Of a DNA stretch of 64,000 nucleotides, positions 57,694 to 64,000 are shown piece by piece. The DNA lies in the NCBI GenBank assembly GCA_026396875.1, contig JAPLVY010000007.1:13047-77046 (forward strand). The letters run 5' to 3'. The notes beneath the pieces are model-generated. The model was not told the origin of the DNA, searched no databases, and worked only from the letters and a program-made list of their open reading frames with translations. The stretch comes from Candidatus Falkowbacteria bacterium. Lineage in GTDB: Bacteria > Patescibacteriota > Patescibacteriia > Patescibacteriales > UBA12465. The translations under genes were made by a program, and so were the position numbers. Position 1 is the first letter of the stretch. Each line of letters starts with the position of its first letter.

Positions 57694-58533
57694 TTAGAGA
57701 CGGTTAATGATTTCTTGACTTGCTAAAAGATTTTCTCTCAATCTTGGATCTAGGTCTCCCTCCTGGCTGTTTCCGATCTGATCCTTGATGAGCGAGGTGA
57801 ATTTTGTAAACATCTTTCTTTCAAAATCACCCCCAGCAGGATTTTCCAGGTTAATGTCTTCCAAGAGCAACATCAACTCTTCCCTAGATAAAGAAAGAAA
57901 AAACGTTGGCAAATTACCCATGCTTCTTCTTTCTAATTCTCCGCTCTTAACTGTCGCACCGTATTTCACGTAGGTGCCGACCCTTTTTCTTTCACTTTTT
58001 TTATCGCTCTTTGAGAGCTTCTCCTGTTTCATGGCAAGACCACTGTCGCCAACCGCACCCAGGACTTCGTCAAAACCACAAATAACTGCTCCAGTTTTTT
58101 TATCAATAAGAATATTGTCGACACCATTTTTATAGTCATCATAATCTGAAGCGCGAGCAACAATAAAATCTTGACCGATGAATTTGTGAAGTACGGCGGT
58201 CACTGCCATCTCGGCGATAGTGGCTGGATGTCCTTTTTTCTTATCTTTCCAGGTGCTCAGTTCTTCTTGTCTGCCACGAGCAAAATAGGCTTCAATATCA
58301 TCAACTTCTTGCTGATCTTTTTCTGCATAGGCGCCGGTCATCTTGATTTTGGCTTCAAGATCTAGGAAGTCTCCATAAGACTCGTTTACTTCGCGACTTT
58401 GGGCGGCTAAAATACTTTCTAATTTCGGTAAAAATTTCTCTGGACGAAAAGCTGGTTTCTGTTCAGTTTTTTTCTGAAAAGCAGAGAGGTCAATTTTGCC
58501 GATAATTTTTGGACCAAAGTTTTCCATATCCAT
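57694..58533 (-). CDS. Hypothetical protein with possible PD-(D/E)xK-like acidic motif
   Basis: E..V..VL.K, RAS.YDD.KNGVD..L.D..TG...CGFD. Confidence 0.6.
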   Translation of the reverse strand: MDMENFGPKIIGKIDLSAFQKKTEQKPAFRPEKFLPKLESILAAQSREVNESYGDFLDLEAKIKMTGAYAEKDQQEVDDIEAYFARGRQEELSTWKDKKKGHPATIAEMAVTAVLHKFIGQDFIVARASDYDDYKNGVDNILIDKKTGAVICGFDEVLGAVGDSGLAMKQEKLSKSDKKSERKRVGTYVKYGATVKSGELERRSMGNLPTFFLSLSREELMLLLEDINLENPAGGDFERKMFTKFTSLIKDQIGNSQEGDLDPRLRENLLASQEIINRL

Positions 58534-58539
58534 ATTATG

Positions 58540-59043
58540 CTAGTTAATAATAATTGGAATGCTCGTTGAGGCGTCATGCTCCGGTAGACCGCTGGGATTG
58601 TCCTTCGATAAGACCAAAAATGCTTTAGTTCCAGAAGATACGGTCTCTCCAGGAGCTAGCTCCAAAACACCAACAAAGGGGACGAAAGACTCGGTCATCC
58701 AGTCCAGCTGAGCCTGAGCCTGACCAATTGCTAGTACCTTAGCTTGTTCGTCTACTATTTTCAAGGGGAATGATCCTTCAAAAAACCAATTGCCACGAGC
58801 CTTCCCAGCCACCGCAAAAGGGGCGGATATCTGTGTTCCTGGTTGAGGCTGATCAATAACAATCTCCTGATTAGAGACTACCGGCGTGGTGGAGGCACTT
58901 TTCTCTAAAACCTTAACCACCTGAATCTTCTCTGTTTTGACCTGAGGAGCTTGAAAAAAATAATAAATCCTCATACCCGCCGCCAAAACGATCAAGGCAG
59001 CGATAAAGATGAAGGAGAATTTTTCTTTGGCACTAAAGTTCAT
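58540..59043 (-). CDS. Gmad2 immunoglobulin-like domain protein
   Basis: TM, then P.PG..ISAP..V.G.ARG.WFFEGSFP, WMT..FVPF, KDNPSG. Confidence 0.85.
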   Translation of the reverse strand: MNFSAKEKFSFIFIAALIVLAAGMRIYYFFQAPQVKTEKIQVVKVLEKSASTTPVVSNQEIVIDQPQPGTQISAPFAVAGKARGNWFFEGSFPLKIVDEQAKVLAIGQAQAQLDWMTESFVPFVGVLELAPGETVSSGTKAFLVLSKDNPSGLPEHDASTSIPIIIN

Positions 59044-59389
59044 TTGAAGTTTTTTCTTTAAATAATAAATTACTAATCATCGAGCCAAGCCAGAGGAATA
59101 AGGATAAACTGAGAGCCGGCAAAAATCCGGCTACCGAAAAACCCTTAACAACACTGGCAACCAAAAGCACTAGTAGACTATTAATTACTAGAGTAAACAG
59201 ACCAAGGGTGAGGATGTTTATTGGCAGGGTCAAAAGAATAATAATTGGTCTAATCACCGCGTTTACTATCCCTAAAAATAAGACAACGATTAAGGCAGAG
59301 TAGAAATTAGCAACCGTGATCCCGCTCAAAACAAATGAGGCTAATAAAACCACTAAAGCATTAAAAAGCCAACGAAGTAAAATTTTCAT
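59033..59389 (-). CDS. Phage holin family 4 / YvlD (DUF360) membrane protein
   Basis: LLRWL.NAL, NAVIRPI..LLTLPINILTLGLF..VIN, V.GF.V.GF. Confidence 0.9.
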   Translation of the reverse strand: MKILLRWLFNALVVLLASFVLSGITVANFYSALIVVLFLGIVNAVIRPIIILLTLPINILTLGLFTLVINSLLVLLVASVVKGFSVAGFLPALSLSLFLWLGSMISNLLFKEKTSNEL

Positions 59390-59478
59390 AAAATTTAGGT
59401 TATTTTTCTTTATTTTAACACGACGCATGAGATTTTAAAAGAAAAGCCTCTCCCCACCAGGGGAAAGACTTTTTTCTG

Positions 59479-59552
59479 TGGTCGCTAGTGGACTCGAACC
59501 ACCGACCTCTGCGATGTGAACGCAGCGCTCTAACCAGCTGAGCTAAGCGACC
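59479..59552 (-). tRNA. tRNA-Val(CAC), CCA not encoded
   Basis: GGTCGCT/AGCGACC acceptor stem, TAGCTCAGCTGG D arm, CTGCG-TTCACAT-CGCAG anticodon arm, GGTTCGAGTCC T arm. Confidence 0.95.
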
Positions 59553-59606
59553 TTTTCTATTTTTGGAACACCAAAATTTTAACAAGAAAAATCCCGAATT
59601 TCAAGT

Positions 59607-60212
59607 TTATTGGATAATTCTAAAATAGCTTAGCACTGGCAATCCCTTTCTATAATACAAGCCCAACTTTGCTTTCAGGGCGATATGTCCGTCTTCATAA
59701 GCAATTATCGCTGCTCGATTTGGTAACCATTTAATTTCAGTGATGTAAAACTTGCCACCCAAAACTGGCTTTTCTTTGGATATTAGATTGATATTTTTTC
59801 TTAAATAATTTTCAAAAAGATCACGTTCCCTCCAGGTCGCGCAAAGTTTTTTGTTTTTTGCGTCACTTAAGGAGCAAACAACTTCTTGGGCAGACTTTTT
59901 TAAACACTCACCGACACTAACAACCTTAACACCATAACAATCGGCTTCTGGCTGTCCACAACCATAGGTTTTGCCATCAGTGCCACAAACAGGGTCATAA
60001 CGGAAACAGTTAATCTGGCATTTCACTACCGAACATTCTCCCTTGTTAGCAATTTTTACTTCCCCGGCCATACAGGAATTGCCATAAGTTTTTCCGTCCA
60101 CCCCGCAGACCGGAGCGTACTCCATGGTGCAAATTTTTGAGCTAACCATTCTAGCCGATAAAGGAAAAAGAAAAAGCATTAAACCGGCGATTATAAAAAA
60201 CTTGGTTTTCAT
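59607..60212 (-). CDS. Secreted protein with two Kazal-type protease-inhibitor domains
   Basis: Signal peptide; CTMEYAPVCGVDGKTYGNSC..GEC and CFRYDPVCGTDGKTY..GEC. Confidence 0.88.
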   Translation of the reverse strand: MKTKFFIIAGLMLFLFPLSARMVSSKICTMEYAPVCGVDGKTYGNSCMAGEVKIANKGECSVVKCQINCFRYDPVCGTDGKTYGCGQPEADCYGVKVVSVGECLKKSAQEVVCSLSDAKNKKLCATWRERDLFENYLRKNINLISKEKPVLGGKFYITEIKWLPNRAAIIAYEDGHIALKAKLGLYYRKGLPVLSYFRIIQ

Positions 60213-60237
60213 ATTTTTAAAATTATTGAAAAAATAA

Positions 60238-62088
60238 TTATTCTAAATCCAAAACTTCCATTTGGCATTTTCGACAATCAAAATTTAGTGGATATTTTTT
60301 CCCCTCTCTTTCAAGATATAATGGCTCGCGCAAACCGCCTTTTGATTTTTCGTTTTTCGGGCAATAACCGAATTCTCTCTTTAGACAATGCTTGGTGGTC
60401 ATTAGAACTTTGCCTTTTGGCTTTTTTCCGTTTCTCATCTGCAACTCCAAGGCATCTTCCTCAACCTTGACTCCGTGGCTTTCCCAAAAATCACGAGCCA
60501 AATCGTTGGAGATATTAAAGCTATAATCCGCTTTCTTTAGGTAGTAAGTTGCATCAGTTTTTTCCATAACCGACTCTTCGCGGACATAAGATTTTTCTCT
60601 CAACAATAAAAGCTTCTCCACCAATTGGCGCCTGGCTTCGTTCAGGGAGGAACGAGAGAAGAATTTTGGCTGCTGCCATTTCAACTCTGTTTCTTCACAA
60701 TAGAAGATTGTTTCTCCCAGTTTTGCTAAGGCTTCTTTGATTGCAAGTTCAGCTGCTTCTGGTTTTTCAGCTATTTCCCCAACACCCAAAGAAACGCTGG
60801 CTTTTAGCGATTGTTCATCTTGGGCGCTAATAAAAATCTCACCTTTTTTTTCTTCCACTACCAATTTCAAGCCAATTGCCCGATGTAAACCGCTGGTGGC
60901 CGATTTTTCAAAACTCAAATCCTGATTACAATAAAGTTCTGCGCCAACTGGCGCTTCTTCGTGTCGGTGCAAAAGAATACGATCTTCCTTGACGGCATTG
61001 GCGTAAGCACCAGAGAGATTGCCATTTTTATCCAAGAAACAGATACCATCGCCATTTTTCAGTTTATGCTCACGATCCAAAACCAACCAACCACGACCAC
61101 TCTTTTGAACCTTGCCAATGAATTTACCGAGAGATTTTTGACTATCCAGCGAAGCGATTGAGCCCTTGATCTTCCCGGAAATCAGATACTCCGTAAATCC
61201 CCGATTGAAAGTCTTTGCTGGATCTGGAACAAAAGAAGGAAACACCCGCCCCAGTGAGGCGCGCTGATATTTTTCGCTAACATTAATAATCTTATCGAGC
61301 TCCTGGCGAAAATAAGAAACCATGTTGGCAACATAGGCGTTATCCTTCAGCCGACCCTCTATCTTAAAAGAAGTGACGCCGCTAGAAAGCAGGTCATCAA
61401 GCTTGTTCCCCAGATTTAAATCTTTTAAAGAAAGGAGAAACTTGTCATGTGCCATGATTTGTCCTTGGGCATCGCGCAAGGTAAAAGTTTGGCGACATAA
61501 TTGAGCACAAGCTCCGCGATTAGCGCTGCGATTTAAGGCGCTCTGAGAAAAATAACAATTGCCTGAATAGCTGACACATAAAGCACCAGCAACAAAAGTT
61601 TCTAGTGCTATTTTGGGGGCAGCGCTATGAATTTTTTGAATCTGCTCCAAGCTTAATTCCCTGGCCAAAATAGCCCTGGAAAATCCCAGCTCCTCAAGAA
61701 ACACAACCTGTTCCGGTGTTCGATTGTTCATCTGGGTGCTCGAAAAAAGAGGTAGAGGTGGTAAGCCCGCATTCACTAAACCAAAATCCTGGACAATATA
61801 AGCATCAACGCCGGCATCATAAGCTGTTCTGGCGATTTTTTGTGCCTGAGGTATCTCCTCGTTAAACAAGATGGTGTTTAAAACCAAATACACTTTTGCG
61901 CCAAATAGATGCGCAAAATCAGCAAGTTTTTTAATGTCGTCAAGACTATTGCCTGCCGCCTGACGAGCACCAAAGTTTGGCCCAGCAATATAAACCGCGT
62001 CAGCGCCAGCTTCAATCGCCAGCTTACCAGATTCCAGATTACGCGCTGGTGCTAATAGTTCTAAATTAATTTTTTGTTGATTGTCCAT
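60238..62088 (-). CDS. Peptidase U32 family, RlhA-like rRNA hydroxylation protein with DUF3656
   Basis: ELLAPA, GADAVY, STQM, LAREL, GALCVSYSGNC..S.NRGAC.Q.CR, SFKIEGR, FNRGFT. Confidence 0.88.
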   Translation of the reverse strand: MDNQQKINLELLAPARNLESGKLAIEAGADAVYIAGPNFGARQAAGNSLDDIKKLADFAHLFGAKVYLVLNTILFNEEIPQAQKIARTAYDAGVDAYIVQDFGLVNAGLPPLPLFSSTQMNNRTPEQVVFLEELGFSRAILARELSLEQIQKIHSAAPKIALETFVAGALCVSYSGNCYFSQSALNRSANRGACAQLCRQTFTLRDAQGQIMAHDKFLLSLKDLNLGNKLDDLLSSGVTSFKIEGRLKDNAYVANMVSYFRQELDKIINVSEKYQRASLGRVFPSFVPDPAKTFNRGFTEYLISGKIKGSIASLDSQKSLGKFIGKVQKSGRGWLVLDREHKLKNGDGICFLDKNGNLSGAYANAVKEDRILLHRHEEAPVGAELYCNQDLSFEKSATSGLHRAIGLKLVVEEKKGEIFISAQDEQSLKASVSLGVGEIAEKPEAAELAIKEALAKLGETIFYCEETELKWQQPKFFSRSSLNEARRQLVEKLLLLREKSYVREESVMEKTDATYYLKKADYSFNISNDLARDFWESHGVKVEEDALELQMRNGKKPKGKVLMTTKHCLKREFGYCPKNEKSKGGLREPLYLEREGKKYPLNFDCRKCQMEVLDLE

Positions 62089-62160
62089 ATCACTAACCTA
62101 ACAAAACAGGGCCGGAGCCCCAATTCGTTATCTATTTTTAACCTTTTTTGAGGTTTTTAT

Positions 62161-62247
62161 TGGTGCCCAGAGGGGGACTCGAACCCCCACTTCCTTGCGA
62201 AAACTAGCACCTGAAGCTAGCGCGTCTACCAATTCCGCCACCTGGGC
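62161..62247 (-). tRNA. tRNA-Leu(CAG), CCA encoded
   Basis: GCCCAGG/TCTGGGC-ACCA acceptor, GGCGGAATTGGTAGAC D arm, CTAGC-TTCAGGT-GCTAG anticodon arm, long variable arm, GGTTCGAGTCC. Confidence 0.96.
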
Positions 62248-62304
62248 CCGATTGAGCAGCTATATTTTTACATATAAACCGCAAATTGTAAACATTATAA
62301 AACC

Positions 62305-62841
62305 CTAAAGGCTAATTCTTTTTAATATTCTGCGACGCTCACGATAATCGGGCAAAACTTTCTCAACTAAAGCCCAGAATTTGGGCGAATGATTCAATTC
62401 CTTGAGGTGACAGAGTTCGTGAACTACCACATAATCCATTAATTCGGGATTGATAAATATTAGGCGAAAATTAAAATTCAGGTTTCCCTCTTTTGAACAA
62501 CTGCCCCAGCGGGTTTTTTGATCCCTAATAGCAACAGTTTTTACTGGCAATCCCAAAATAGTAGCAAAGAAATTTACTCTCTCGCCGATAAGTCGTCGTG
62601 CATTATTTCTCGCCTCTTTTTCTTCTTTTGGAGTGATTGTCGGAAAAACGTCAGACTTTTTACTTCTTTGCTCTGCCAATTTAGCCTTTACCCAGGACTC
62701 TTTTGCTAATAGGAAATTCTTCGCCAAAAAAAGTGGTACCCGATTTGGCACCACCAGCGTCACGCCATCGGCGCGAGAAATCTCCAGGCGCAAACTTTTG
62801 GCCAAACGGCTTTTCCTAATTTTATAAGGGAAATCAATCAT
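62305..62841 (-). CDS. YgjP/DUF45 (M48-like) metal-dependent hydrolase
   Basis: [20 protein letters not shown]...NHS..FW..V. Confidence 0.92.
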   Translation of the reverse strand: MIDFPYKIRKSRLAKSLRLEISRADGVTLVVPNRVPLFLAKNFLLAKESWVKAKLAEQRSKKSDVFPTITPKEEKEARNNARRLIGERVNFFATILGLPVKTVAIRDQKTRWGSCSKEGNLNFNFRLIFINPELMDYVVVHELCHLKELNHSPKFWALVEKVLPDYRERRRILKRISL

Positions 62842-62849
62842 GCTAAGTT

Positions 62850-63158
62850 CTAAGGTTCTAGATTATGCTTATTAAATTCTTCAAAATCTTCACGGTTATT
62901 AGAGACAATAACTTTATTGCCTGTCGTACTATTTTCTATGGTGATATAAAGTCCGCAATTATCAAGAGCTTTCATTGCCAAGATAGCAGAACTTGCTCCC
63001 TCGGGAAAATCCAATTCAGCAAAACTAAGCTCTTTTATCGCCACCAAAAGCGCCAACCTTTCATTATCTGGCGATAAAGATATCTCTTTAATTTTCTTGA
63101 CCAACTCCGCTTTCTGGGAAAATTTCAAGTTTTCAGAAGAAGCTTGCTCAATATTCAT
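62850..63158 (-). CDS. Hypothetical protein (about 102 aa)
   Basis: ORF 8 bp upstream of the ygjP-like gene; ATG at MNIEQ preferred. Confidence 0.5.
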   Translation of the reverse strand: MNIEQASSENLKFSQKAELVKKIKEISLSPDNERLALLVAIKELSFAELDFPEGASSAILAMKALDNCGLYITIENSTTGNKVIVSNNREDFEEFNKHNLEP

Positions 63159-63212
63159 AAATAAAGGCTTATTTTTGAATAATACCACGAAAATTCCAAA
63201 AAATGAATAGCA

Positions 63213-63241
63213 TTGACTAAAATTATTTATTATGTTAATAT
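63213..63241 (+). promoter_or_regulatory. sigma70 promoter with extended -10
   Basis: TTGACT-17 bp (ending TGT)-TAATAT, 39 bp before ATG 63281. Confidence 0.65.
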
Positions 63242-63280
63242 CTCCTTGGTAACTTAATAATCAACAAAAAAAATAGAGTA

Positions 63281-63937
63281 ATGATCTACGAAGCAAAACG
63301 TTTAAATGAACTGGATTTGTCGGGAATGACAAACCGCGAAAAAATGGAAATCCTTTGGCTAGTGGCCGGACAAAAAGGACAGTGGGACACGAAAGTTAAT
63401 AACTGGTTAGAAATGGGCAGCAACAAAAATCTGGTGCCACCAATTAGACATCTGGCAAAAGATTTTGTTACCACCAAGGCAATGGAAGAATACGGAGATG
63501 GTGACCATTCCTTAGAAGAATTTTTTGCGCGTAAAACACTGAAAGTGCTGGACACCATCCTAGAGGAAATCGCCAAAGAAACCAGGAGATGGACTGAGGT
63601 GATCAAAACTGGTATTGGTGTTCGGTCAGCTAAGGAGCGTGACCATAAATTTCATTTCACCAAGATTACTGTTAGGAATCCGGTGATCATGGAGTCGTTG
63701 GTTGATATAATCACAACCAGGAAGGAAAACTTTTTGATTCAGTACTCCAAAGATAAAAACATTTTTGTTGGGGGGACGGAAATAAAAAAAATCCTTTTCA
63801 GTCAAGGAACTGGCAAGGAATTCCGTTTCACTAAAAATCACCAAGATTTCTACGATGATGTGATCGACAAAATTGCCAAGGCTAATGCCGCGGGAACAAT
63901 CAAAAAATCTATTGAGCAGGTAGCTCACAAAAACTAA
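63281..63937 (+). CDS. Hypothetical orphan protein (218 aa)
   Basis: ORF with its own promoter and terminator; no clear motif. Confidence 0.7.
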   Translation: MIYEAKRLNELDLSGMTNREKMEILWLVAGQKGQWDTKVNNWLEMGSNKNLVPPIRHLAKDFVTTKAMEEYGDGDHSLEEFFARKTLKVLDTILEEIAKETRRWTEVIKTGIGVRSAKERDHKFHFTKITVRNPVIMESLVDIITTRKENFLIQYSKDKNIFVGGTEIKKILFSQGTGKEFRFTKNHQDFYDDVIDKIAKANAAGTIKKSIEQVAHKN

Positions 63938-63943
63938 AAAAAG

Positions 63944-63971
63944 AAACCCCATTTTTGAAAATGGGGTTTTT
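63944..63971 (+). terminator. Intrinsic terminator
   Basis: AAACCCCATTT-loop-AAATGGGGTTTTT. Confidence 0.85.
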
Positions 63972-64000
63972 AAATAGTCCTACCCTTTGGACTAACAAAG

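Noticed and set aside
59033-59552. Prophage suggested by a holin-family gene beside a tRNA
   Set aside because: YvlD/DUF360 is a common chromosomal gene; no integrase, att duplication or phage genes seen
59479-62247. Genomic island bounded by two tRNAs
   Set aside because: No duplicated tRNA 3' end seen; the contents look like ordinary CPR genes
945-63952. Many short ORFs antisense to or nested in clear genes (e.g. 7708..8178, 14488..14868, 25564..25956, 63626..63952)
   Set aside because: Shadow ORFs fully overlapping well-supported genes, with no motifs
1-64000. CRISPR array, rRNA, integrase or transposase
   Set aside because: No regularly spaced repeats or recognisable motifs seen by eye
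1-64000. Alternative genetic code (TGA=Gly, code 25)
   Set aside because: Core genes translate full-length with code 11, TGA ends trx normally, and the split genes break by frameshift rather than in-frame TGA

Overview
AT-rich, gene-dense bacterial chromosome segment whose gene content points to Patescibacteria/CPR, probably Parcubacteria ABY1 such as Falkowbacteria (inference). Supporting signs are few Shine-Dalgarno motifs, secE-nusG-rplK-rplA without rplJ/rplL, a shortened dcw cluster, and DUF4012, sigma70-r4/HARE-HTH, Gmad2 and SIMPL proteins. Most genes lie on the - strand. They cover translation and RNA modification (metG, cysS, rpsB, tsf, rsmI, rsmH, rlmN, tgt, dus, tsaB, tsaC, cca, rlhA-like, tRNA-Val, tRNA-Leu), lower glycolysis (gap, eno, pyk), iscS/iscU, envelope and glycan genes, and several orphans. 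The most notable system is a tightly packed gap - minimal NuoF/HydB - membrane protein - [FeFe]-hydrogenase operon. It has no HydC or maturases in view and has non-bifurcating-type signatures. Other highlights are a Nudix gene plus two NDT-like paralogs sharing a 33-bp identical tract, orphan genes that each carry their own promoter, boxA-like motif and terminator, several long intergenic hairpins, and variant enzymes (TGT without Zn ligands, pyruvate kinase without its C domain, a pseudokinase). Three spots look like assembly errors or frameshifts. No CRISPR array, rRNA, integrase or transposase was seen. All calls are by eye; no database searches were run.
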